Shown: positions 6,291 to 13,716 of the stretch, piece after piece | Numbering within the stretch: the first letter of the stretch is position 1 | Layout of the letters: the number at the start of each line of letters is the position of its first letter | Origin: a virus | Direction: 5' to 3' (one strand) | Virus genome (UHGV): UHGV-0193351 | DNA: 16,304 nt | Notes under the pieces: model-generated | What the model saw: the letters and a program-made list of their open reading frames with translations, nothing else | Databases searched by the model: none | What the model was told of the DNA's origin: nothing | Translations under genes and position numbers: made by a program

Positions 6291-7436
6291 TTATTTTTGT
6301 TTTATGGTAAATGAAATAACATTGTCAGAATGAATCATATCTGATTCTTTAAATCGTGTAATTGCAGATAACTCATTTAAAGGAAGAGCAAAGATATCAG
6401 TTAACTCAGTTACCTTTATGATTGAATGCTTATCAAGAAGTAAAAGTAACTTATTAAGTAACTCAGGCTCTTCTTTTGGGATTGCATCATCTAACGGCTC
6501 CCTACGATGGAATGGCGCTAATTGCTTAAATATATAGCTTTTCTGATTATCGCTAATTAACTTAAGGCTATGACTCCTCATGGCAATACTACCGATAGAT
6601 GTAATCCAACGTAGTTTTAATCGTTCTAACGCTGATAAATTTGGACTATAAAATTCACGCCCGAAAGTCGTGGCTGGCATTAAAAAGCTGGAGGCAAAAT
6701 AATCGGCCTGCAACTCCACTAGGTCGAATAATTCTTTATCATTCAGGTAGTCATCCTCCACTGCCCTATGCATAATTAAATGGCCAAGTTCATGAGCAAG
6801 ACTAAATCGCATGCGAACAGCCGTCTTCGAGCTATCTAACATAATTAAAGGCCGCCCATTATGCCAGAACGAAAAGGCATCAACTTTCTCACCAGAAGGT
6901 AAATGAGAAACCACGATTCCTTTATTTTCAACAAGTCTAGTTAAATTGAGTATTGGACCATCACCTAACCCCCAAAAACGCCTTAATTGGGTGGACATAT
7001 CCTCAATATCAGATAGAGACAGAACCTCAAAATCAATAATATCGAATTCAGGCAGAACCACATCTGGTAATTGAGCATATTTTAGACATTCATCCAATAT
7101 TAATGCCGCCCAACGCCCACGTGTTTTCCCTGTAACTCGAGCCTTTTTGGTCGCAGTTGAACGACTTCTAAAATGAATCGCCCCCTCCAGAGATGGAGAA
7201 GCACTGGAGGCTAAGAAAAATCGTTCTGGAAATCCTAACACCTTGGCTATTGCAGAAAGTGTATCAGCAGAGGGAGACTTCAACCCCTTCTCAAATGACG
7301 AAATAGCTTGTCTTGAAATATTGAGCACTCTGGCAAGTTCAGCCATCGTCAACCCTTTTGCCTCTCTTGCCTCCTCAAGGCGACGAGGATTAAACGATTT
7401 ATCAGTAAATGGTGTTTGTGCGATATTCATGCTCAT
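6291..7436 (-). CDS. fused XRE-family HTH + ImmA/IrrE (COG2856/M78-like) zinc metallopeptidase domain protein
   Basis: 381 aa. N-terminal HTH (LTMAELARVLNISRQAISSFEKG), central HEXXH zinc-binding motif (HELGHLIMH) in a region matching the ImmA/IrrE peptidase fold, then a C-terminal extension of about 150 aa. AT-rich codon usage. Start ATG overlaps the stop of the upstream gene (ATGA at 7433-7436). Confidence 0.8.
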   Translation of the reverse strand: MSMNIAQTPFTDKSFNPRRLEEAREAKGLTMAELARVLNISRQAISSFEKGLKSPSADTLSAIAKVLGFPERFFLASSASPSLEGAIHFRSRSTATKKARVTGKTRGRWAALILDECLKYAQLPDVVLPEFDIIDFEVLSLSDIEDMSTQLRRFWGLGDGPILNLTRLVENKGIVVSHLPSGEKVDAFSFWHNGRPLIMLDSSKTAVRMRFSLAHELGHLIMHRAVEDDYLNDKELFDLVELQADYFASSFLMPATTFGREFYSPNLSALERLKLRWITSIGSIAMRSHSLKLISDNQKSYIFKQLAPFHRREPLDDAIPKEEPELLNKLLLLLDKHSIIKVTELTDIFALPLNELSAITRFKESDMIHSDNVISFTIKQK

Positions 7437-8047
7437 GATTGCTGTGATTTAATTATTTGTTCGGTAAGAATCTTGATTTTATCTTCAATCTCAGAATCCA
7501 CATTTTCTGCTTCAACTTCTACCATCGTCATAATTGGTAAAGACTCAGTATAAAGAATCCCGTAATTATCCGAAGAAGGAACAGTTAAATTCAGTTTGGA
7601 CAAGTGCTGATTACTGCCATCATGTAACATATAAACATGTCCACCAGACGCTCTCCCATCCAGGGAGTCGGCATTTTCATCCCCAAAATTCAATTCATAA
7701 TTTTGATTAGCGTAAACAGCTCTATACAATGCCTGCTTAGGAAGTGGCGCATTACCCGATAAATGATGTGCCGTCATTTTCCAGTTGTTCGAGTGAATCG
7801 CAATGTGTTTACAATTTTTAGCAGCATTGCTACCGACTTCAAAATCCAGCCCCACACGCTTAGCCGCATTCTCAAGCAATGCATCGGCATAAAACCAGCG
7901 CAAATATGACTGTGCTTGAGCCCAAAAAGAACCAAACTCTTTTGCCTTCATATGCGAATGAAGATAAGCCTGTGCTAACGCGATCGAAAGCTCTTTGCGG
8001 CACTCCTTGTCATATGCTTCTAACAACTGTTGAGATAAATTCTGCAT
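7433..8047 (-). CDS. hypothetical protein, first gene of the AT-rich two-gene cassette (candidate toxin/effector)
   Basis: 204-aa ORF, ATG at 8045-8047 with AAGGA Shine-Dalgarno about 10 nt upstream; translationally coupled to the HTH-peptidase gene. No family recognised. Contains an R-x4-H string (RASGGH), only weakly reminiscent of HEPN RNase motifs. AT-rich. Confidence 0.65.
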   Translation of the reverse strand: MQNLSQQLLEAYDKECRKELSIALAQAYLHSHMKAKEFGSFWAQAQSYLRWFYADALLENAAKRVGLDFEVGSNAAKNCKHIAIHSNNWKMTAHHLSGNAPLPKQALYRAVYANQNYELNFGDENADSLDGRASGGHVYMLHDGSNQHLSKLNLTVPSSDNYGILYTESLPIMTMVEVEAENVDSEIEDKIKILTEQIIKSQQS

Positions 8048-8072
8048 GACCGTAATATCCTTGTTGTTTTGG

Positions 8073-8112
8073 TGTCAACCATATTTCCATTTAACATAGA
8101 CTTTGTCAACCA
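8073..8112 (-). promoter_or_regulatory. promoter/operator region of the cassette: direct repeat TGTCAACCA x2, each holding a TTGACA -35 hexamer on the minus strand
   Basis: Minus strand reads TGGTTGACA-N22-TGGTTGACA upstream of the 204-aa gene. The distal TTGACA is followed after 17 nt by AAATAT, a weak -10. Exact promoter is uncertain. Confidence 0.4.
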
Positions 8113-8120
8113 GATAGATG

Positions 8121-8145
8121 CTAGAAAAACCCGCCGAAGCGGGTT
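8121..8145 (-). terminator. rho-independent terminator downstream of hok
   Basis: Minus strand AACCCGC-ttcg-GCGGGTT hairpin followed by a TTTTTCT tract (overlapping the stem end). Hairpin sequence is nearly identical to the terminator at 6254-6279. Confidence 0.6.
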
Positions 8146-8213
8146 AAGCGCGGGTGCATTGAGGATGCCTGACTCATCAGAGGTGGCGAGGGATTTCTCC
8201 CCCGCCAGGTCTC

Positions 8214-8369
8214 TTACTCCTCAGGTTCGTAAGCTGTGAAGACAGCGACCTCCGTCTGGCCGGTTCGGATTCGTACCTCGCAGAGGTCTTTCCTCGTTAC
8301 CAGTGCCGTCACTATGACGGTTAAACAGATGACGATCAGGGCGATTAACATCGCCTTTTGCTGCTTCAT
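8214..8369 (-). CDS. hokD: Hok/Gef-family type I toxin (membrane-depolarising peptide)
   Basis: 51-aa product MKQQKAMLIALIVICLTVIVTALVTRKDLCEVRIRTGQTEVAVFTAYEPEE matches HokD/RelF of the K-12 Qin prophage as I recall it and carries the Hok signature (TM helix plus CE.R motif). The track ORF (8214-8426) is an in-frame upstream extension. Confidence 0.85.
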   Translation of the reverse strand: MKQQKAMLIALIVICLTVIVTALVTRKDLCEVRIRTGQTEVAVFTAYEPEE

Positions 8370-8628
8370 AGCCTGCTTCTCCTTGCCTTTCGGCACGTAA
8401 GAGGCTAACCTACGTGTGTAGAGCATAGATATGGCCTCAGATTAATGTTAAGCGTCTTGCCGGACGCGTAATGTTAACTGGGGCTTTTCTCTATCTGCCT
8501 TTTGGTGTTCATGCCTGAGACAGATAGCCTCAAGCACCCGCAGTTATTCTACTTAACTAAGATTTCCCCGCAAACCGTTTTTGTCCGGCACAGTAAATAT
8601 CCAACTAAACCAATGGCGTTCGCTGTAT

Positions 8629-8847
8629 TTACCGCCAGTATTCAATGCACATGACCGCCATGAACACCCCTAAAAAAAGGGCATTTATATGTCCAAACAT
8701 TAATATCAAAACATCAATTTTTTCCATATACCTTGCTGTGAAGATGATGGGCATACATGATGCGAACAACCAGAACGCAACAAACAAAAACTGCAATGCG
8801 TTTTTCATTATTCCCCCTACAATCAATGTGCAATAACATTTAAACAC
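8629..8847 (-). CDS. putative small hydrophobic membrane protein (72 aa), uncertain
   Basis: ORF in a very AT-rich segment; predicted product is dominated by hydrophobic residues, consistent with two TM helices. No SD verified; an antisense ORF (8645-8836, +) covers the same span, so coding status is uncertain. Confidence 0.3.
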   Translation of the reverse strand: MFKCYCTLIVGGIMKNALQFLFVAFWLFASCMPIIFTARYMEKIDVLILMFGHINALFLGVFMAVMCIEYWR

Positions 8848-8928
8848 ACCTCAATTTGGCCGGACATATAAATATCTAAACCAGAAAAAATCACTTACAT
8901 AGCGTTACAAACTCTTTAGTCTAAATAT

Positions 8929-9444
8929 TCATCGTAAAACATCCTCCACGCTTATCAGTCCATTTCGTTTCAGGTAATCCATCGCCTTCTCCGGTAATTT
9001 GCAGTCCGGCTGAGCTTTTTTCAGTTGACTGACCAGTCGTTTAACCCACATTGTTAATTCGCTAACCTGATTGCCGGATGCTGGTGGATTGTCGGCTTTA
9101 CCCAGAATGGCAGCGCAGCAGGCCTCTCTGAGCACCCAGTCAACAGCATCCTTCCATGCTCCTGTTTCGACTGGCGGATTCTCACGCTTTACCTGTTCAT
9201 AAAAGCGCACGGCTTTAACCAGTCCTTCTGATGTCACCGGGACTGGCGGGCCGATGAATAAGGCCTGAATTTCATAGTTCGGCCTGTCGTTACAATCCTC
9301 TTTTGTCGGTACATATTTCCAGTCACCAGCCCACGGCTTCCCCTGAAAGTCTGTAACGTCTTTTTTCACGTAGCGATATCGCCATGCAACTGGTTTTGCC
9401 TGCCCTGCCGTTTCATGCCCTTCCTGATAATTAATCTCGCTCAT
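8929..9444 (-). CDS. hypothetical phage early-region (nin-like) protein
   Basis: 171-aa ORF with phage-like GC content. Its ATG (9442-9444) overlaps the stop of an upstream 58-aa ORF (ATGA). No family recognised. Confidence 0.55.
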   Translation of the reverse strand: MSEINYQEGHETAGQAKPVAWRYRYVKKDVTDFQGKPWAGDWKYVPTKEDCNDRPNYEIQALFIGPPVPVTSEGLVKAVRFYEQVKRENPPVETGAWKDAVDWVLREACCAAILGKADNPPASGNQVSELTMWVKRLVSQLKKAQPDCKLPEKAMDYLKRNGLISVEDVLR

Positions 9445-9617
9445 TCATCGCCCCACTCATCACAATATGCTTCGACCGGAGTTTTTCCTGCTTCATAATC
9501 ATCACGCCATGCTTCAGCATCAGCAGCACTGCCACCACGTAACTCTGCATAGTCCATTAACAGTTCATGCCATGCTTCAAAACTGACGTTGTATTTAGTT
9601 GAACCAAAATCAGCCAT
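9441..9617 (-). CDS. small hypothetical protein (58 aa), absent from the ORF track
   Basis: Hand-translated: MADFGSTKYNVSFEAWHELLMDYAELRGGSAADAEAWRDDYEAGKTPVEAYCDEWGDE. ATG at 9615-9617 overlaps the stop of the 9610-9792 ORF (ATGGCTGA); its own stop overlaps the next ATG. Coupling at both ends supports it being real. Confidence 0.4.
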   Translation of the reverse strand: MADFGSTKYNVSFEAWHELLMDYAELRGGSAADAEAWRDDYEAGKTPVEAYCDEWGDE

Positions 9618-9792
9618 TTTGCTCTTCCTCTTCGTCTTTTATTTCGTGATATGAGTAATTGCAGTAGTTAAAGAAAATATCTTTAGCTTCATCCTGTATT
9701 TCATCTGGTGTTGCATCATCATCCACTTCGAATACATCCTCAAAATCTCCACCAGCTATTCCCGTTTCAATAATAATTTTGAACTTTCGCAT
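9610..9792 (-). CDS. small acidic hypothetical protein (60 aa)
   Basis: ORF MRKFKIIIETGIAGGDFEDVFEVDDDATPDEIQDEAKD..., highly acidic. Preceded on the minus strand by AGGAGG, then a 16-nt GC hairpin, then 7 nt, then ATG. Confidence 0.5.
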   Translation of the reverse strand: MRKFKIIIETGIAGGDFEDVFEVDDDATPDEIQDEAKDIFFNYCNYSYHEIKDEEEEQNG

Positions 9793-9885
9793 TTCACTAC
9801 CGCCCTTTCGGGCGGCCTCCTGATGTTCTGAGGGTGCAGAAATCCATCCGGTTAAGGATTAAATTTTTAACAGAGCTAAATTTAA

Positions 9886-10242
9886 TTATTCAGTTCTGGA
9901 TTTTGTCGCCCTGCGTATCCGCGCTTTCGCGTTACGCTCAATCTGAATTAGCTTTTCTATATTTTTTCGCCTTTCCCGCTCCTCCTGACGCAAGAGCCTT
10001 ACATCATCTGCCAGTCTGGTTTCTCTTTTCGCCACAGAGAGCATCCAGTCAAATGGCTCCACAACTGCACCGCAGATTTTACAGCGGACCTGACGCTCTT
10101 TTTCGTCAACCCGGACAGAGGCGTGATGACAATATGGTCTTTCCGATGGCTCATAAAGAAAATTAACCTGATTACGAGGGTCATCCTCTTTTACCGGAAA
10201 TAAAACGATATTGCTTAACTCATCCTCTGGTTTTATTTCCAT
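9886..10242 (-). CDS. hypothetical phage protein with putative zinc-ribbon and basic C-terminal tail
   Basis: 118-aa ORF; C-HH...C-x2-C cluster (YCHHASVRVDEKERQVRCKICGAV) followed by an Arg/Lys/Glu-rich helix. No family assigned. Confidence 0.5.
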   Translation of the reverse strand: MEIKPEDELSNIVLFPVKEDDPRNQVNFLYEPSERPYCHHASVRVDEKERQVRCKICGAVVEPFDWMLSVAKRETRLADDVRLLRQEERERRKNIEKLIQIERNAKARIRRATKSRTE

Positions 10243-10681
10243 GCTCCTCTCCTTTGATGCGAATGCCAGCGACGCGTAATGCGTGTTCTAGGTCAATCAG
10301 GTAAAGCCAACTGCCATTTTCTTTAGGTATCATGACATGTCGCTCATCTGCATTTATCGGGTGTCCATATCGAAGGTCGTAGCGAGTCGGTAATTGAACT
10401 TCCCGCGCTTCCAGTTCAGCAATACGCTTGCTCCCATCAGAGATAACGCCTTCGTAATACTCACGCTGCTCGTTGAGTTGTGATTTTGCTTCTTCCAGTC
10501 CATCCAGCAAATCAGCGATAATATCCGCTTCCCGATGACGGATGTGACGCTTAAACGCAGCAAGAGCCGCATCACAATCCCGTTCAGCATTTGGGCTGTC
10601 CGGGATAGCCTGATACCACGCCAGCGTCGACTGATAGTTTTGTGCTGCCTCACGAAGCGCCTCATAGTTAACCTCTCTCAT
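10220..10681 (-). CDS. hypothetical phage early protein
   Basis: 153-aa ORF; start overlaps the stop of the upstream gene by 4 nt (ATGA at 10678-10681). No family assigned. Confidence 0.5.
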   Translation of the reverse strand: MREVNYEALREAAQNYQSTLAWYQAIPDSPNAERDCDAALAAFKRHIRHREADIIADLLDGLEEAKSQLNEQREYYEGVISDGSKRIAELEAREVQLPTRYDLRYGHPINADERHVMIPKENGSWLYLIDLEHALRVAGIRIKGEEHGNKTRG

Positions 10682-10974
10682 TGAGCCACCTCCTGATAAA
10701 TCACTGCATGCCCCAGTTTCTCCGCCAGTGCCAGCTCTGCCTTAGCGCCCGCTGACCGCTGCCAGCCATTCAGCATGTAAATCGCATCCACACAACGAAT
10801 CATTGCCATGCAAATATCCATGTAGTGCGGCTGTGTCAGCCCGTCCGGAAGTACTGCCGGGTTTAAGACGGTATGCCCTTCCCGTTTCAGTTCCTCTTCC
10901 GCCTTGTGAAACGCCTCACGGTTGAAATTTTCATATCCCGTCATTGGACCGGCAATATAAACTCTGACCCTCAC
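10678..10974 (-). CDS. DUF4406-like protein (nucleoside 2-deoxyribosyltransferase-like fold), start re-placed
   Basis: Motif RVYIAGPMTGYENFNREAF...GHTVLNPA...LNGWQRSAGAKAEL fits the DUF4406 pattern as I recall it. The track start at 11043 gives a 73-nt overlap; a GTG at 10972-10974 overlaps the upstream stop (GTGA) and gives a family-typical N-terminus. Confidence 0.5.
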   Translation of the reverse strand: MRVRVYIAGPMTGYENFNREAFHKAEEELKREGHTVLNPAVLPDGLTQPHYMDICMAMIRCVDAIYMLNGWQRSAGAKAELALAEKLGHAVIYQEVAQ

Positions 10975-11378
10975 TCCATCACCTCCTGAAAGTTTCCCCG
11001 ATAGAACGCCAGCACACGCTGCATAACTTCGCTCTGGCGGCACTCACGACAAATTATGTTCTGCCGTCTGTTGTAACGACGTATTTCTCCGTCAGGTAAC
11101 TTTCGAATCAGTGTCGGGTCAGCAGCCTTCTCCGGTGTCTTACGCCATACGCGATACGCCTGCTCTGATGGAAATACCCCGCAACCAGAGAGCCAGACAT
11201 CACCACTGGCCGCAAGCGCACCAGATAAACGACGAATAGCGGTCTTACTGACACCCGTTTTATCTGCCAGTTGTCGAAAAGTTTCTCGTCCGCTCAGGCG
11301 CACGAATTCCACAATACGCGCCTTCACTTCTTCCCGCTCTTCTGGTGTAAATACTTTTGCCATAAGCGCCTCCGGCAA
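10971..11378 (-). CDS. hypothetical phage protein, possible HTH DNA-binding
   Basis: 135-aa ORF with a helix-turn-helix-like segment (RQLADKTGVSKTAIRRLSGAL) and phage-like composition. Confidence 0.45.
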   Translation of the reverse strand: MPEALMAKVFTPEEREEVKARIVEFVRLSGRETFRQLADKTGVSKTAIRRLSGALAASGDVWLSGCGVFPSEQAYRVWRKTPEKAADPTLIRKLPDGEIRRYNRRQNIICRECRQSEVMQRVLAFYRGNFQEVME

Positions 11379-12140
11379 TCACTTTTCCGATACAACACGG
11401 CGGGAAGAATCAGTAATCTGTCGAACAATATCCCGGTGCTTGTTCAGCTCCCGCAGCGCGGCGCAGACTCGCTCCCACTTCTGAACATCACTTTTCGCCC
11501 TGCGCAGCGCCAGGTTTGCCCTGCGAAGGGACGGAAAAATCAGCTCATCTGCTTGCGTTTCGGTAAACGATGGCAACGGCTGCACAATGTCCGCCACAGT
11601 TTCTGTTTTAATTTCTTCCTGTGTTGCGGCTTCCCGGACTGGTAACGCAGCACCTGCTGGCTGAGGAAAGGCCTTACCATCACTTTCCGTTACCAGCGCG
11701 GCTTTCGGCTCTGCTGGTAAATTATCGCCCGGCATGCAGTAACGAAATTTACCGTTCTGATTAACGCGTGCCAGCCGCCCCTTGCTGATTGCCATTGCCA
11801 GCGTTGAAGCTACTTTGCGTGATGTGGTACCGAACAACGCAGCCAGCTCATCCGCCGTTTGTGGTCCGCGTTGTTCAATCGTCGCGGTTAAATCGCACTC
11901 TGAGATTTTCGCTACTGTTGCCGTGGTAGTTTCTTCCGGCTGTTCTTCCGGCGCTGGCTGTTCCTGCTGAACGTTGTTATCAGCCACACGCCAGGTGTAC
12001 GCGCTTTTATCAACGAAACCAGCTTTTTTCAGTTCCCATAGTTCGTTCAGCACTTCTTCACGACTGATATCAAGTCGCGCAGCAAGTTCTATGGATGTGG
12101 CTTTTCCCATTGCTTTCAGTGCGTCAAAAACAGTCTCCAT
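11379..12140 (-). CDS. hypothetical phage protein with N-terminal winged-helix-like domain
   Basis: Start re-placed at ATG 12138-12140 ([43 protein letters not shown]...), preceded by GGGAG 9 nt upstream; avoids the 29-nt overlap of the track start. A second HTH-like segment is mid-protein. Confidence 0.55.
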   Translation of the reverse strand: METVFDALKAMGKATSIELAARLDISREEVLNELWELKKAGFVDKSAYTWRVADNNVQQEQPAPEEQPEETTTATVAKISECDLTATIEQRGPQTADELAALFGTTSRKVASTLAMAISKGRLARVNQNGKFRYCMPGDNLPAEPKAALVTESDGKAFPQPAGAALPVREAATQEEIKTETVADIVQPLPSFTETQADELIFPSLRRANLALRRAKSDVQKWERVCAALRELNKHRDIVRQITDSSRRVVSEK

Positions 12141-12162
12141 TAAATTTTTCTCCCGGTAAAAA

Positions 12163-12909
12163 TTACTTCGCAATTCCTGGCTGGACGACATTCGTACGCC
12201 AGCTCTCCCAGTTAAAATTCACCCAGCGTCCGCCGTTCATGGTCATGCGATCCATAATCCGCTCGCCGAGCAATGTTTTCATGGCCTCATAGTTCAGGTT
12301 TGTCAGCATTCCCACGCTGCGCATCGACGCTGTCCGGCGATCAACAATCTGGTGCAGTACCACCTGCTCGTTTTTCGTCTCGCGCTGAATGCCAATTTCA
12401 TCAAGAACCAGCAGATCCACTTCGCACAGTTCCCGCAAAAATTTTTCGCCTGACTGCCCGTCGTCATAGCTGGCATACAGGACACTCATAACATCAGCCA
12501 CGGTAACCACAATCACTGTCTGACCGTCTTTCAGCAGGCGATTCCCGATAGCTGCCGCTAAATGGTTCTTCCCGGTACCAGGTTTTCCGCTGAACGCAAA
12601 ATTTGTACACCCGGTCATCAGTTCATCGGCGATGGATTTCGCCTGGCTTAACGCGTATCGCTGGCCGTCGTTCTGCACCTGGTAATTCGCAAATGAACAT
12701 TTGCGGTGCAACGGCTGGATGCCAGAGCGATTCAGGATTTTTTTCACCCGCAACTGACGATTCAGGCGGTTGATCTCCTCGCAACGTTTCTGGCCTTCAG
12801 CAAGTTGCCACTCGCGCCACTCCGCAACCGTTCTGAATGGGGCGGTTACATGTGGTGGGGTCAGTCTGCGGATACGCTCCAGAACGCCTCCTGTCGCAAT
12901 ATTTTTCAT
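12163..12909 (-). CDS. DnaC-like replication protein (helicase loader, IstB-like AAA+ ATPase)
   Basis: 248 aa, colinear with E. coli DnaC: Walker [19 protein letters not shown], Walker [19 protein letters not shown] and C-terminal NFNWESWR. Equivalent to ydaV-type genes of Rac-like prophages. Confidence 0.9.
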   Translation of the reverse strand: MKNIATGGVLERIRRLTPPHVTAPFRTVAEWREWQLAEGQKRCEEINRLNRQLRVKKILNRSGIQPLHRKCSFANYQVQNDGQRYALSQAKSIADELMTGCTNFAFSGKPGTGKNHLAAAIGNRLLKDGQTVIVVTVADVMSVLYASYDDGQSGEKFLRELCEVDLLVLDEIGIQRETKNEQVVLHQIVDRRTASMRSVGMLTNLNYEAMKTLLGERIMDRMTMNGGRWVNFNWESWRTNVVQPGIAK

Positions 12910-12915
12910 GGTCTG

Positions 12916-13704
12916 TTACCCCCTGAAGCCTGGCGGGATCGCACTGTCCGGCAACGAGACGGTGTTAACCTGTCGGAGCAACGTCTCAGGCCGAACACCT
13001 TTCGGCGCGAACAGGCCCTGGTATTCATTGGCGATGCTGTGTCGAATCACCTGCTCAGGTGTAAACCCCTGCTGACGGAATTTTTCCAGTTCCCGTATCG
13101 CCCCGTTAGCGCCCTGCTCCGTTCGAATCGGTTTTCGCAATGCCTGTCTGAACCGGACCCACTCATGCCAGAGTGTTTCCGGCAACCAATCGGGCAGCTC
13201 AATAGCCTCCGGCTCGAACTTTTTAGACGCTCGTTTTTGCCGAGGGGGATTTAGGGGGAGATCAGTATTTATATCTTCCTCTTCCTCTTCCTCTGGTAAC
13301 GCTTTTTGATCCGTTTGTGTAACGCTGTCAGCGTTACCTTTTCGTTTCAGTTCGCGTATTTTTGTTACTCGCTCGTTTGTAACCGCCCGTTTTTTAGAGC
13401 TTTTTCCGTTATGACGTTCAAAGTTAGGTAGAGAAAGCCCACCGTCATTTTCGACCAGCCATCCAACCTGAATTAACGCATCAGCAAAACCAGCCATAAA
13501 AGTAATGCGATCTATTGCACTTTTTGTAACGCCGCGAGCGTTACAATCTGCGTTACCGTCTATCATTTGTTGATCCGCCCATGCCCAGAAGCGAATAACC
13601 TTCCCTAATGCGGCATCTGGATCAATATTCAGAATCTCAGCAAGCCTGAATATTTCCGGCTTATCCGGCGTAATAACCTCGAGCTTTATCCAGTTTGAAG
13701 CCAT
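12916..13704 (-). CDS. phage replication initiator (O-like / YdaU-type, DUF1376-like)
   Basis: 262-aa ORF immediately upstream of the DnaC-like gene, with an acidic linker (EEEEEED) between two domains and palindromic repeats inside and upstream of the gene. Family not verified. Confidence 0.6.
   Translation of the reverse strand: MASNWIKLEVITPDKPEIFRLAEILNIDPDAALGKVIRFWAWADQQMIDGNADCNARGVTKSAIDRITFMAGFADALIQVGWLVENDGGLSLPNFERHNGKSSKKRAVTNERVTKIRELKRKGNADSVTQTDQKALPEEEEEEDINTDLPLNPPRQKRASKKFEPEAIELPDWLPETLWHEWVRFRQALRKPIRTEQGANGAIRELEKFRQQGFTPEQVIRHSIANEYQGLFAPKGVRPETLLRQVNTVSLPDSAIPPGFRG
13319..13337. repeat. palindrome GTAACGC-TGTCA-GCGTTAC (copy 1 of 3) inside the replication initiator gene
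   Basis: Perfect dyad symmetry read directly; an extra half-site GGTAACGCT lies at about 13296-13304. Confidence 0.6.
13525..13545. repeat. palindrome TGTAACGC-CGCGA-GCGTTACA (copy 2 of 3)
   Basis: Perfect 8-5-8 palindrome; an extra half-site GCGTTAC lies about 5 nt downstream. Confidence 0.6.
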
Positions 13705-13716
13705 TTGTTTTCACCT

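Noticed and set aside
4924-6333. Multiple ORFs overlapping the DUF968 and rem-like genes on both strands (for example 5202-5462, 5545-5829, 5688-5906, 5723-6166, 6106-6333)
   Set aside because: GC-rich region generating long spurious frames; the chosen frame is the one with the HNH-like motif and with start/stop coupling to neighbours.
7243-7452. 69-aa plus-strand ORF inside the HTH-peptidase gene
   Set aside because: Antisense to the HTH-coding segment of a well-supported gene.
8214-8426. 70-aa in-frame extension of hok, considered as a possible mok-like reading frame
   Set aside because: Known mok frames overlap hok in a different frame; the conserved Hok peptide starts at the internal ATG. 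The extension is kept only as an open question.
8146-8630. relB/relE genes expected upstream of hokD by analogy with Qin
   Set aside because: No ORF with RelE or RelB character is present on either strand.
8645-8836. 63-aa plus-strand ORF antisense to the small hydrophobic ORF
   Set aside because: AT-rich region; neither strand has clear start signals. The minus-strand ORF was preferred only because it matches the orientation of all neighbouring genes and has a membrane-like product; both may be non-coding.
9834-10665. ORFs 9834-10166 (+), 9999-10184 (-) and 10354-10665 (-) overlapping the 118-aa and 153-aa genes
   Set aside because: Alternative frames or antisense to the ORFs chosen on the basis of start/stop coupling; products are low-complexity.
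10971-11043. Apparent 73-nt overlap between genes 10971-11378 and 10678-11043, considered as possible programmed frameshift or overprinting
   Set aside because: A GTG at 10972-10974 overlapping the upstream stop (GTGA) gives a family-typical N-terminus for the DUF4406-like protein, so the long overlap is most likely a start-calling artefact.
11271-12491. Plus-strand and alternative-frame ORFs (11271-11645, 11782-11970, 11974-12159, 12095-12292, 12273-12491, 12303-12485)
   Set aside because: Antisense or off-frame relative to the DnaC-like gene and the wHTH protein gene; Ser/Ala/Arg-rich products.
12706-13254. 182-aa and 101-aa plus-strand ORFs antisense to the DnaC-like and replication initiator genes
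   Set aside because: Shadow ORFs opposite conserved genes with strong motif support.
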